A stretch of 64,000 nucleotides of DNA from Adineta vaga. Taxonomy: Eukaryota; Animalia; Rotifera. The notes below the pieces were generated by a model. It had not been told where the DNA came from, did not search any database, and saw only the letters and a list, made by a program, of their open reading frames with translations. Shown here one piece after another: positions 1 through 13,400 of this stretch. The position numbers were made by a program, and so were the translations under genes. The DNA lies in NCBI GenBank assembly GCA_021613535.1, contig CP075493.1, forward strand, positions 124,001-188,000. Reading direction: 5' to 3'. Within the stretch, counting starts at the first letter, position 1; every line of letters starts with the position of its first letter.

Positions 1-305
1 AGGATTTTAAAAACTATCTCATACATATGGACCCGAACCAGGTTACATCCATATAAGTTACCGTTTGATATAACTTAATTCAATCCGTTAATGAGAGAAT
101 CTGTCACGGTGCTGCCCTTCAAGTTCTAGGATATTCTCGTATGGATAACATATGATGTCGTAGTAAAAAGTCCAGAAGAATTAGAGTCGAGGTATCAGTT
201 TTCCAAGAGTGTCTGACATGTCAACGCATTTCAAACGTTTTCAATATCTACAAAATCATTTTGACGAGTTTGGCCACGCAGTTTGTGCTTCAGGGTGTTC
301 TGGAA

Positions 306-1342
306 CTTTTACAGTATAAGAACCACTGAGCGAAAAGAACTACTGATTTCTCTATATAGCTTCTCAATCAGCAATCATACATTTAGCTGAAAGTTAATCA
401 ATCTTGTGTGGAATGTTATTGAGGTCTAAATTCAAATTTACAACCCTACAATTTGAAATTTGATCGAGATACGAAAGAGAGATTGAACGCACCCGAAATA
501 CCATTTTTCTTCTATTTTGATTGTCTTGGACGGTTGTCCATTAGCAATATTTTAGCGATATCTCTTCACCGGAGTGTGACAGAGTTCTAAAATTTTAACT
601 AGGAATGCATTTCAACATGGGGAATACAACCGTTTTATTAAAGAGATATGTTATGATTGTAATCAGATAGGTTGATAGAGAGATATCGTAACAATATTGA
701 TGACAGACGACCATCCAAAACAATCAAAATAAAAGAAAAGGGTATTTTGGGTGCGTTCAATCAGTTTTTCGTATCTCAGTCAAATTTCAAGTTATACGGT
801 TGTAAATTTCGATTTAGATCTCAATAATATTGCTCACAAAATCGATTAACTCTCAGCTAAATCTATGATTGCTGATTGAGCAAGTATATTGAGAAATCAC
901 ACTCTAAATAAAAAAGGTAAGGTGACCGAATCCATCAAAAGGGTTTCATAGGTTTCAAAGGTTTCAGAATGGGTTGACAAATCGAAAGAAATGGTTTTCA
1001 AAACCTACGAAACCTAAAAAGGATCTGACTGTGGGTACACGCTTCGAACCATCATCTACGAAACCTTTTTGAGTTTTGTACAGCGAAACAAAGGTTCCGT
1101 CAGGAAGTACGAAACCTCGTGGTTCAGCACTGTGGTTTTATACGAAAGCATTAAGGTTTCGTGAGCAGATACGAAACCTTTTTAGGTTTCGTAGATTTTG
1201 AAAACCATTTCCTTCGATTTATCACCACATTCTGAAGCTTTTGAAATCTACCAAACGCTTTTGATGGGTTTGGTAACACACCATTTTTATTTAGAGTGCA
1301 GTTATTCGTCTCGCCTCGTGGCTTTTGCGAACGTTGTGAAAA
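306..1342. mobile_element. Palindromic MITE (imperfect long inverted arms), interrupted by a CACTC-ended MITE
   Basis: ctgatttctc...tcaatcagcaatcata (from ~343) is the imperfect reverse complement of tatgattgctgattga...gagaaatca (ending ~899). Outer limits approximate. Confidence 0.6.
900..1298. mobile_element. EnSpm/CMC-type MITE
   Basis: TIR cactctaaataaaaa / tttttatttagagtg, 2-bp TSD CA, GAAACC-rich subterminal repeats, internally palindromic. Confidence 0.8.
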
Positions 1343-1350
1343 TTAAACTA

Positions 1351-4028
1351 CTGTCTGTTTAAAGAAAGACTGCCCGTGCATATTTTTACAATAGCTCAAG
1401 AATGGAAAGGGCTAGAGACCTGAAATTTTCAGCAACATACTTGGCACTCTATTGGGTATAGAATCGTGCCAAATTTGATTGGTCCAAGAGCTAATCCATC
1501 AGGTCGTTTCTTGATAACAATAATAGGAATATGATTTCGGGTGACATGTTTTTAATTGTCTATATGGTAGAGCTAGGTGTACCCTTTCAATCTACGGGAG
1601 AATACTTCCTATTCTCAAAATTTACACATTCCTGCACAGTCTTGCCACCCGAAATCGAGTACCAGCAAATCCGGAATACATAAAAACATCATTTACGGCA
1701 TATACTAGCCACTACCAGGAAATCCTGCACCGACGCACCATCTATCTCCATTCCATCACACGCACCTTCTGGTTATTCCTGCCTCTTCCGGAAACCGAAA
1801 CCCATGCGAGATAAGAAAATCATTGTTCTGAACAATTCTTTCGATTCCGTATCGGAATTCCGGAATTTGTGCACATCCGGAATCACTGGGAAATGTAGGA
1901 ATTCCTGATCATTCCTGTCTATTCCGGAATTTGTTGCATTTTCTGAATAATGGAATAATAGTTCTGAAAGGTGAAGTCTTTGATTGGTTGGATTTCGTGA
2001 AGAGCGAAATTAATAGCAATCAAAACCGAGTTTGATACATTTCGAAGATTTTGTATGTACGGATGAATGTGGGCCACTGATAGCAAGCGGCTGTTAAGAA
2101 GTAATATGGCTCGTACGGGCGATTGGAATTGCATTTTTCTTTACGTGATGATGTTGTATGATGCCGGTCGCGAACTGGAAATAGAAAACGGCATTGTTCA
2201 AAACGTCATTTTGTGCAATGCGTTAGTTTAGTATGCTAGGATAGTTCCTTTGCCACTTGCTAGCATGGTCGGACGATGTGAGTTTCAAATTCAGTAGACC
2301 ATGGTGTCTTTTAACGGAGATATGCAGTTCTGGGTGTGCACACTGATCGAGCCTTCGGCACACCCTCACTACTGTTCTTCCCGACCGACCGAGCTTTCCA
2401 CACATCAGAGATGGGCACGGTTCGCATTTTTCAAACTTTAAACCGAACCGAAACCGAGATCTTGAAAAAATTTAAAACACTGAACCGAACCGTAACCGAA
2501 ATATTTTTTTTCAATCCGAACCGAAACCGATGAAAATTTTAAGAAGAAAATCTGAACCGAACCCATCCGAACCGAATCACATATGTTTGAAAAATTCGCT
2601 TAGTAAAAACTAAGATTTGTTAATGTTATTTGCAGTTCATTCGCTATTATTCGTATAAAAAGTTACTTATGAGAATATATTAATTAAAAGCGCGTAGTTT
2701 TATCCATTCTAAATCTAACACTTCTCACCTAAATAAAAATCTATCGAATAATAGGAATTCTAAAATCAGAATTAGTAGAACAATGACAAATGACTATCCT
2801 GGGGCATGGGTGACTTTGTTAATTAATCACATAATTTACGCCTTTTCCTCAATGAGATGCGAATTTCTTAAAACTTTCGACATATGTTTAAGAATACTTC
2901 AAAATATGGTGGGAAATCTCAAGTAATTTTGAAAAATCATAGAGAGTTTCAAAAAAGTATTCGTAACGCATTTGAAGAATTAAAAAGGTTTTCTTTCAAA
3001 AAGTGAAGTATTGTACTGCTCTCTCGATATATTCTACATCAAGACACATTTATATAAAGACACACAGTATAAACTTCCGAGTTTCTATAAACGAAGTTCT
3101 AATCTATAATCAAAATTTGTTAGGTTTGGCGGCGCGGCTTTTGGTTGACATGATACTTATAAAAACATTGACGTTATTTTGCGACTGAACACCAATTTCA
3201 TATAAACACATGCTTTACTTTCGGAAGGGAAAAACATAAATTCCTGATCATTGCATATTACTGTAATTCCGGAATTGCCAAACGGAATTGTATATCCATT
3301 TTCATGTTAATTCTTACACAAATCTCAATAAATGAAGCAATTCCGGAATATGTAACTTTCGGGAATAGGATGACTGCTCATCTACGGACGGCCGATCTCT
3401 CTATCTTGTACTCTTGCTGAGATATAATGGCTCCATGAGACTCCCGTTTTCAACCAATACACGCAAGAATAATTAGTAATATACCGCAACAGAGGTAACT
3501 CATCAAGCTGATTCGAATAATGATATCCGTTTTTAATTTTAACCGATCCATAGTATTGGTTATAGGGCAAAACCTACCCTATCCACCATATACAAAAACA
3601 TAGACTGTATTCAGCATCTGAAATCCATTAAAATTAAAAACGGATATCATCATTCGAATCAGCTTGATAAGTTTCCTCTGTTGCGGTATATTACTAATTA
3701 TTATTACGTGTATTGGTTGAAAACGGGGGTCTCATGGAGCCCTTATATCTCAGGAACAGTACAAGACAGAGAGATCAGCCTTCCGTAGATCGAAAGGGTA
3801 CACCTAGCTCTACCATATAGACAATTAAAAACATGTCATCCGAAATCATATTCCTATTATTGTTATCAAGAAACGACCTGATTGGTTAGCTCTTGGACCA
3901 ATCAAATTTGGCACGATTCTATACCCGATAGAGTGCCAAGTATGTTGCTGAAAATTTCAGGTCTCCAGCCCTTTCCATTTTTGAGCTATTGTAAAAATAT
4001 GCACGGCCAGTCTTTTTTAAACTGACAG
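1351..4028. mobile_element. Large foldback MITE with nested insertions
   Basis: ~240-bp arms 1351..1590 and ~3790..4028 are near-perfect reverse complements, flanked by TA. Related sequence recurs at 60160..60920. Confidence 0.8.
1598..3379. mobile_element. Non-autonomous TIR element (GGAAT-rich) nested in the 1351..4028 MITE
   Basis: 8-bp TSD atctacgg at 1590..1597 and 3380..3387; imperfect TIR gagaatacttcctattc / gaataggatgactgctc. Confidence 0.7.
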
Positions 4029-4274
4029 TAGTTGGATGCAGTCGTGTTTTTCAAAGTATTTTATCTTTGAAAAAATACACCGAATACTATATAAACTAAT
4101 CGGTTTCGGCAGTCAAGCATGATGTTTCAAATGATGAATGGCAAGACTCAAGTCCAAATGATGATTAAAATTTTAAATTAATCAGATTTGTGCTAAGAAC
4201 ACTTATTTTTGAATGCTGCTTCTATAAAGCTCACAATTATTGTATAAAGACATTTGTATCGTTTGATATTTCAG

Positions 4275-4975
4275 GTTCACTCACAAAACTCAGTCAATCT
4301 GAATGGATTTCCATCGTAAATAGCCTAGCATTCCTACCAAAATTACGTTTACTCTTATCTGTTAGCGATTTATCAAGTTATAATTTTCTTCTGAATTATA
4401 CTCAAACAATAGCTGTCTCGCCACATCGTATACTTCTCCGTCAATGGCTCAATCAGAATCTTGTACTTCAACATTCTCGAGTCAAGTTTTTCGTGAATCA
4501 TGGAGGAATTAATAGTATCGGTGAAGGTGTGTATGCATGTAAACCGATGTTGGTAATGCCTGGTTTTGCTGATCAACAAGCAAATGCTGCGAAAGCTTTG
4601 GAGCTGCAGATTGGTTTAATTTTACATCGTGATAAACTATCATCAGAAACTTTAGTTGAAAAACTTAAAGAATTAATAGCGAAGGAAGAGCTGATGAAAG
4701 AAAAATTATTTAAGTTACATCAGATATCGGAATTAGAAGGTGGTGCAAAAATGACAGCAAAATTAATCAATCATTGGCTTCTGATTGGTTATAAACATGT
4801 AGATACAACTGAAAATTATCTCTCAGTTGTAATTTACTATGAGTTAGACATGATAGCTACATTTGGGCTCATTGCGGTTGTTGTTTTAGTCGTCGTTATA
4901 AAAATTATAAAAAAACTATTTTCGGCAAAGCGAGTTATGAGTTCAGGCGACAAGATCCAAAAAAAGAAACTTTAA
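4275..4975 (+). CDS. UDP-glycosyltransferase (GT1, animal membrane-anchored type), last exon; upstream exons probably lie before the window
   Basis: Acceptor tttcag at 4274. UGT signature WLNQNLVLQHSRVKFFVNHGGINSIGEGVYACKPMLVMPGFADQQANA, C-terminal TM helix (MIATFGLIAVVVLVVVI) and lysine-rich KKKL tail. Confidence 0.9.
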
Positions 4976-5802
4976 CCAATACGACAAATATATTAAATGC
5001 TAATATAAAAAACTGGTAAATATTAGCAAGATTAAACTGTAAAGAAACATTTTTATATGTTATATAAGCGGACCACATATTACTTTTTTTAAACCTGGAA
5101 CATTATTTTATTTTCTCCAGCGTATTTATCCATATTGAAAAAAAAACGGAAAATGAGACACCCTAAATAATGGGTTACGAAGCTCACGCCGCAAGGAAAG
5201 TTTCTCAGCTTAACAATTGCTTTCCACTTGAAACGTAATTGAATATAAACAATCAATCATGCTGAATTTGAATAACAAAGTCTGTACGGCTAATTAAACC
5301 ATTAATATCTTAGTTTTGTAGAAATCAGCTGTTCATAAAAAGTCTCCCCGTTGTAAAATGATTTCCTGAGGTTCTCAGATCAGAGAGCACATTCAATTGA
5401 ATATAAGAACGTATTTTTGTTGATTTTTACCGACTACTAATATCTATCAAACATAAAACTTCACGTGTGTCAATAGCTTTTCCATTCCTAATAATTTTTC
5501 GAAATTACTTTTTCGATGTATTTCCTAAACTAGTAATTATCATAGGATTGTTATGACAAAATGCTGGTAATTTTATTATTTATATCAGCTGTGACATCTA
5601 TTAGTTCATGTGACATCTTTTGAATATTGCTACAATGCACAAATGCAAATTTGTATCATGCGATGGTAATATCCAATTCCCAGGAAATTCAAATAAAACA
5701 TGATCATAGTTAGTATCTTGGAAATTCATTTAACTCAATATCAATAATGGACATAGTCTAACATTTATATTTAATATAGAAAAAAAGTTTAGAGTATCGA
5801 CT

Positions 5803-5891
5803 GGGTTGGGTTGGGTTAGCATGGGTTGAGGGTGGCTAGGGTGTGGGTGTGGGTTGGTTAAGCGTATAGCCTGCCCCACACCCACACCCTC
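5803..5891. repeat. Inverted telomere-like repeat cassette (GGGTGT.../...ACACCC)
   Basis: G-strand repeats followed by cccacacccacaccc after a short spacer. Confidence 0.6.
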
Positions 5892-6639
5892 GGTCTGGCT
5901 GCAAGGTTCCTTTTGAATGAATGCGTTACCATGGCTTTTCGAAGCTCTAAAACTGTGGTAGTGCAATCAAATAAAGGGAAGTTTTCAACAAACGTAGGTC
6001 GTCCAGGTATCTGGAGAACGTATACGTTTCAGCTCTGTAGCAACTATGGCTCTTGAGTTAGAACTACTACAAAGCGAAAAATGCTGAGTGCGTTACTTGT
6101 GGACAAGCTCCATATGAAATAAATTACCTGGCTTATGCATATACCACCTATTTTCATCTTGTCTGTTACCATAAAACTTTACATAGGTCAACTTCTTGTC
6201 TTTAGTATTGTCCCAACACTTTATGGACGTTTCTGTAGACCGAGGAAAGCACCTGAGAAACTATGGTGACGTTATCTACGTGGAACATCTTGACTGACAC
6301 TTCATCCAGGTTAACCTAGCCCACATCGTCATCCACGCTCCTCCCTCATGTTCCAACAAGTTCTCGACGTTATTTCGCGCCTAGGAAACCACCATATAAA
6401 GTTTGGAGATTTTACCCATCATAAAACCATCTGGGTGAAATTTCACCCAGATCACTTATATCACCCACGTTCACTCGCAGGACTTGAGGACCTATGGGTA
6501 CTCCTATAATGAAGAACTTGAGGACACGAGGGTAATGCACATGAAGCCCAGCAGACTGATATATCCTGTGAAAATGACGAAAAAAGAACTTTGGCAAAAA
6601 ATCCCTGTACTCCTCCTCCAGGATGGTCTGGCCAGTTTT

Positions 6640-6850
6640 CAGTATTTTTACGAGAACTCAAGCAATTCTTGACCGATTGGTCTCATCTTCGAACTCGACT
6701 GAGATATTAATGAGGCTAAACTGTGTGGAAAATTTCAGCTCAATCGGACTCTCCTTTCGAAAGTTATCGGGTAAACGGACAGATAGACGGACGGCCGGGC
6801 GGACATACTGACCGATTTTAGTAGTGTATTCACTTTTTGAGTACACAAAG
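6640..6850 (-). mobile_element. Dispersed repeat, possibly Helentron-associated (DINE-1/HINE-like); second copy on + at ~9943..10140
   Basis: The two copies are homologous (tttgtatactcaaaaag..gaatcggtcagt..gtccg..; tcaatatctcagtcga.ttcgaagatga) and carry a GTCC/GTCT-type microsatellite. Family call is inference. Confidence 0.5.
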
Positions 6851-9800
6851 AAAATTTTTCGTTCAGAAATCGCCGTACTCCCCCCCCCCGGCATGATTTT
6901 TTTATTCTACTTCCTGTGGTCCCCTAAGGCGATTTCTGAACGAAAAATTCTTTTTTCGATAAAAATAGGTAATCTGATACAGTTTTTCGCGCTGATTTCG
7001 AATATACTATTCATTTCTCACAGAAATCAAATTTAGATGCTAAAATCCATCAAAACCCCTTTTCCCTACATAAAATGTAGGAAAAATCAGTATTTATGCT
7101 ATGTCTCGGGGAAAATACCATTAAACTTGCATTAATTTGTGATCAAAATGATCAGCATAATTAGCTCTACAATCTCTTGTGAAATAAGACTCAATCACAT
7201 GTTCGAAACGTGGCCGAATTCACCGAAAGTGATACAGAAATTCCAAGAAAACGTATTGTTGGTACTTTTCTCGGTTAAGGATACAGTTGGCGAGCGAAAA
7301 AAATAGTGCATTTTGTAGAGCAACTTCTGCTCTACAAAACAGTATATATGACAAATCTGAGTCATTCCATTTTTCTGGTCAAATTTTTGGCGGGCAGTAA
7401 TTCACTTTGTGAGTCAAGGGACGGGAAAAAAATTCGCGAAACTGATCTTAATTCTTGAAGATTCTGATGCAGCGTCTCACGAAGATTCAGAATATGCCAT
7501 TGGTTTCTTGATTTGACCGAATTAGGGCACAGTTTCATCGATTTTTCGGTTGCTTTGACTACTTTTTCTTCGCAAAAATAATCATGGGCAAAAACAGTAT
7601 TCGCACTATATCTTAGTGAAAAAGAGGTCTAATCGAATAACGTGTTTTGGCAAAATGATCAGCTCAAAAAGCTCTACAAACCCTGAAAATTTCGTTGAAA
7701 TCGGAGAAGGTTGCTGGATGGACCTGGCGAACTCCCATGGATATACCCATATAAGTGTTTATCTTTTTGAGACAGCTTTAAGCGCAATCCCTATGGAATT
7801 GAAAGTGTGGAACATGATAATACTAAAAGCCTTGTAAATCCGATATAAATAGTTTTATAACTAATGGTTACCAAGCGCTTTATTCGATCGTGATCTCTGA
7901 TAGTCTTTAGGCCTTTTATCTGTCAAAGCCTTGGTGGCAAATGAGAAGGATTCAGGAAATAGGCTTTTAACAGTCGCTACAAATGGAAGGAGAAGTTCAG
8001 GCGGAGCTCTGACGTTCACGATTTCGGGGCGCGGGAGTTCACGAAACGTTGCTTTACCTGTTACTGTCTGTGATGTCATTTTTTACCCTTTTCTGTAACG
8101 GTCTGGGGGGATGGGTGATAGTTTCTGCCCTAAAATACTTCAACGCTCTCTTTCAGATTATGTTTCACAAAAGCACAGTAATAAAACAGAACTTTAAGGT
8201 AAACCATGCGTTAAATGCAAGGTGGGAAAATCTCATTCCGGTATTTTCGTGCAGTCCGAATTATTACAATACTAGGAGAGGTATCTGATGTTGGTCCAGA
8301 ACGTTCCAGACTGAAAACTTCATATATCAGAAAACAACAGGGGATGTAGAGAGGGTTGTGCTTGAAATTTTTCATCTACCACCACAGCATATATCGCCTT
8401 GCATATGTGAGATAGAACAAGTCAAACTATGTAGCACTCCAAACCCACCCGTTTTCTTATAGCTACAGCTACAAAATCTATCCCCTTTCTTGCAGTTTCC
8501 GCTGCAAAATCTATTCCTTTTTTTACAAATCCTATTGTGAAAGCCAGCCCTTTTCTTACAGCTCTCACTTTAAATAAATATCTCCACTTCAGTTCGGACC
8601 TAAAAGACATTAGACTTTTCGTTAAAGTTTTGATCTGTCACGAATACACTCAAGTCCATGATAAAGCACGTTAGTCCAGCAAATATTGTTTGTGGATGAG
8701 CATCGTAATTCTCGTTCCTTCTCATTTCCGGAGTGCCTGATCTTTTATACTTCAGATTGGGTTTTGGAAAAAAGTCAACCTTTTCATTTGTATTTAGAGC
8801 GGGGATTAAGGAGACTTACAAGGGTGTGGGTGTGGGTGTTTAAATACTAATGCACTCACACCCATTCTCAAGATGGGGTTGGGAGATCGATCCCCCTCCC
8901 TCCGCCCCGGGATCGAAAGATTTGACCTCTGTATGGTAGCATAGACCAAAAGTTTTTTTTCTGTCAAGTGAAATAATATTTTGTTTTAAAGTTTGGAGGT
9001 AATCTTCGAGTTGTCGAAAAGCTTTTAGGAACCTTCCAAAACACTTTTTTCACAAAATTTCGAAAAAAATCCTTAAAAATGTAAACATTTTTTAATAAAT
9101 TTTTAAAAATCTTTCGAAAATCTCTGAAAATTTTAAAATTTTTTCGTAAAATTTTCAAAAAGCTATCGATGTTGCTAGCATTTTTCGGCTCTCAAAGTAT
9201 CGCTATAGTCAATCCCCCCCCCAAAAAAAATTTTGGCTACATGCCTGGCTGTTACAGAGCCTAAATCCATTGACAAATAACAAAAAAGTTATAAGATTTT
9301 CCACAGGCCAAGTGAAATCGGATTACAGGAAAACGTCGAAGAAAGAAAAAGAAAATACCCATATATGTAAGTTTTCTTTTTCTTTTTTCGACGTTTTCCT
9401 ATTCGGCATTTCCCTCTAATCCCCACAGCGAACAGACAAACAAACATTCTTCTTTATATATATAGATATATATAGATACAATATCCAAAAACTATTTCTA
9501 ATTAGCGTATCGAAATTGAAAATCCGTAATTGCTTCTGAGCTAATTATTTCCTTATTCGACGGATGTTAATGTAAGACGTAAAATTGCATTTCAAAATTT
9601 GGTACTCCGATGCATTCTTCTGCGTTCGGAATGCTCCGAAATGAGATTTTTTCCCTTGGTTAAATGTCATGCTATAGGATGTCGTTGCGAAATAACAGCT
9701 GATAAAGGAAAACATTTTTTTCGTCAAGCGCGTTGAAAAATCGGTAAAACAGCGTTTTTACGGTCACAAGCCATTAGAACGCTTATTTTTTTCAAATATT

Positions 9801-10497
9801 TGCCTGTTTGAGATACGGAACTCCACTGCGTTTTCTGTATCAAAAAGGCTTTGTATGGTTATTACTGAACTTTTCCTATATTGCCAAACCTAAATTTGCT
9901 CGACGTAGTAGTACTGGACTTTTCAAGTTCGGTGAAGTGCTCTTTTTTGTATACTCAAAAAGGGAGTACACTACTAGAATCGGTCAGTGTGTCCGCTCGA
10001 CCGTTTACATGACAGTTTTCGAAACGAGAGTCAGATTGTGGTGAATTTTTCTACACAGTTTACTCCTATCAATATCTCAGTCGAATTCGAAGATGAACTT
10101 GATCGGACGAGTCACTCTTGAGCTATTGGAAAAATACGTATATTTCCCGATATTTTCTAATACACTTTTAGTAGTACATATAACTCTCGGAAAAAAACCT
10201 AAAGTTTCCGGATTTATTTAGGATGAAGATTTACAGAGATAAAACTTATTATGTGAAACTATATTCTGAATTAACTTTGACTAGTTTGATGAATGTGAAC
10301 TAGAAGCAGTACTGACTCAGTACGAAAAGACGAAAGGACATTTTAGCTCATGTTTCCCGTAATCGATTTACCGATATCAATTTAACGGCGTCGGATATTA
10401 ACTTTTTTTTTCTAGACAGTGTGTTTCTATTCGCAACTTCTGTACGGTACGGTTAAATATTCGCAGTAAAGACAACGTTAGCACGACAAATTCCATT

Positions 10498-13400
10498 ATG
10501 CAACTGTTTGTCTTTGGAGATCAGACTGAAATGTCGCGTGATCAGCTCTATGACCTCTTACGCTCTGCAAAAGTCTTAAGATCACTTGCAGATTTCTTTA
10601 CACAATCCTGTAATGCTCTCAAATATGAGATCTCGTTATTGAATAGGCTGGACCGCAATCAATTTCCTGTATTTAACACACTCAGTGAACTCATCGATAA
10701 TTATTATCAATTTTGTGCTCATAATGATACTATTAATGGTGTACTCATCTGTCTGGCTCAACTTGGATGTTTTATCAGGTATGTACATACATTCCGCCAA
10801 GATAACTCTGTTGAATTATCACGCATTCCGACCACCTCCATTAATTGCAGATTTATGGAAACAACGTCTTCCTCGTATCCATCGTCCGATTCCATTTATG
10901 TCGGTCTTTGCACTGGTCTTCTATCAGCTGCAGCTATTGCAACATCAAAATCTCTCACTCACTTGATGACAACAGCTATAGACATCGTACGTATTTGCTT
11001 CAAAATAGGACTAGTGGCAAAACGTCGTGCTAAACAGTTAGAGCCGGAAAACTGCATTAAGAATACTTGGTCAATGTTGGTCACAAATCTTTGTTCCAGT
11101 GAAGCGCAATCAATGATTGACATCTCGCAGAAAGAACAGGTAAGTGTGAATGTAGCAACTGAATGTAAAGATCTAACTATCGTATGGAAAAACATAGAAC
11201 TAACAAACTAAAGAAAACATTGTTTTCTTCTTCTCTAGAATATTGTTCCTAATAAGCAAGCATATGTTAGTGCCGAATCGATTTCTTCAATAACTATAAG
11301 TGGGCCACCGTCAACATTGAAAATTTTATTTGCAAAGGATCAGCCACTTGCAGCTTTCAATCACATTCCCATTCCAATCAAGGCAGCATATCATGCTAGT
11401 CATTTGGGATTTGTGGATGCTAAGAACATTATGGAGAGTCGATCTGAACTTAGTACTCAGCTTGTAGATGGGCGAATTCATTCCACTCGAGATGGCAAAT
11501 GTTTCCGTGCTTCAAATCTTCGAGATCTGTTGACAGAAATCATTGATGATATTTTGGTCAAGCCACTAAAATGGAATTGTGTTGTTGCAGAACTCATTGC
11601 AATAATTAAATCAAATAAATGTGATGATATCAATGTTTTTTCATTTGCATCACCTATGGCATGCAAACATTTGGCTGAAAGACTGCGTGAAACTGGAGTA
11701 GCAGTCCATATAAAAAATACTGATAAAGATATATCGGCAACATCTCATTATCACAGAAGTGGTGACGTAGCGATTGTTGGAATGAGTGGTCGATTTCCTG
11801 ATGGTGAAGATCTGGAAGAATTTTGGAAAACTTTGATAGATGGGCTTGACCTCCATGGACAAGTATGTTGTTTTCAATCGCTCTTCATAAAAAATCTTCA
11901 TTTTCATCAATACTTTTTACAGATACCAAGTGATCGCTTCGATGTAAAAACTCATTACGATCCCACAGGGGCAGTTAGGAACTCGACCTTAACACAGTAT
12001 GGATGTTTTATTGATCAACCTGGACTCTTTGACATCATCCTATTCAACATGTCTCCACGAGAAGCGGCTCAGACAGATCCTCAACAACGTCTTGCTCTCA
12101 TGACCACATATGAAGCTTTAGAAATAGCTGGCTATGTTCCTAATAGGACACCGTCGACCAACACGCGTAGAATTGGGAGTTTTTTTGGACAAACAGACGA
12201 CGACTGGCGTGAAGTGAATGCGTCTCAAAATATTGACATATATTTCATTACTGGCGGTACTCGTGCCTTTGGACCTGGTCGTATCAACTACTACTTTAAA
12301 TGGGAGGGTCCATCGTACAGCATTGATACCGCATGCTCTTCGAGTGCTGCATCTGTCCAGCTTGCATATTCCGCTTTAGTGAATCGAGAGTGTGATACTG
12401 CCGTGGCTGGTGGTACGAATATTTTAACATCACCCGATCCCTTTGCTGGATTGAGCCGTGCGCACTTTCTCTCTCGAACGGGATCTTGTAAAACGTTCGA
12501 TGACGATGCGGACGGCTATTGTCGTTCAGATGCTGTTGCGTGCATTATAATGAAGAGACTCGATGATGCTATCGCTGATCACGATAACATTCTATGTGTG
12601 ATGACCGGAGCTGTGACTAATCATTCCGCAGACGCTGTATCCATCACACATCCTCATATAGAAACTCAGCAGCGATTATATCGTATGCTGTTGAATAATG
12701 CTAATGTTCATCCAAATGATGTTGACTATATCGAGATGCACGGCACGGGAACTCAAGCTGGAGATACGTGTGAGATGCGCTCTGTTGTCGACGTTTTCGG
12801 AAACAGTCGCGACTCTAACTCACCGTTATTCATCGGATCTGTAAAAGCAAATGTCGGTCATTCTGAATCTGTAAGTACTATATATTTCAAAAAGAAATGT
12901 AGATACTGCGAGCTACATCCATCACTTCGACGTGGTAAAAAGACTAGTTTACATTCCGAACCCAAATAAATACATATAGTTTTTAGAAAAGTTTTTTTCT
13001 CTAAAGGAAGAATGATGATGTAGACTAGTGTAGAAATGGATGTGATTATGAAGTAAAGGAATTATTCGCATTCCAATATATTGAAAAAGGATACAATAGT
13101 AGCAGATTTTTATGTAACTAAACTAAAACCACAATCGATTCAGACTGTATAATTCAACTTATCATAATTTAAAATGATTATTTTCGATTTCTCACAGTAA
13201 AATCTATTGAAACATAACCTCTAACTAATTATTTATGTGTCACCCGTTACATAAATAAATAGTAGTATATTTATCAGCAAGGGTGTCAGCGTTCCCCGTT
13301 CCCAAGCGTTCCATTCCCAGGAACGGAACGGATTTCAAAATACACTTTAAGACATTTTTTCGAATACAATAAAGTTGTTAACGTGTAGTTATCCACATAT

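Noticed and set aside
5900-6640. Possible decayed Penelope-like reverse transcriptase
   Set aside because: Only vague coding-like composition; no RT motif could be read in any frame.
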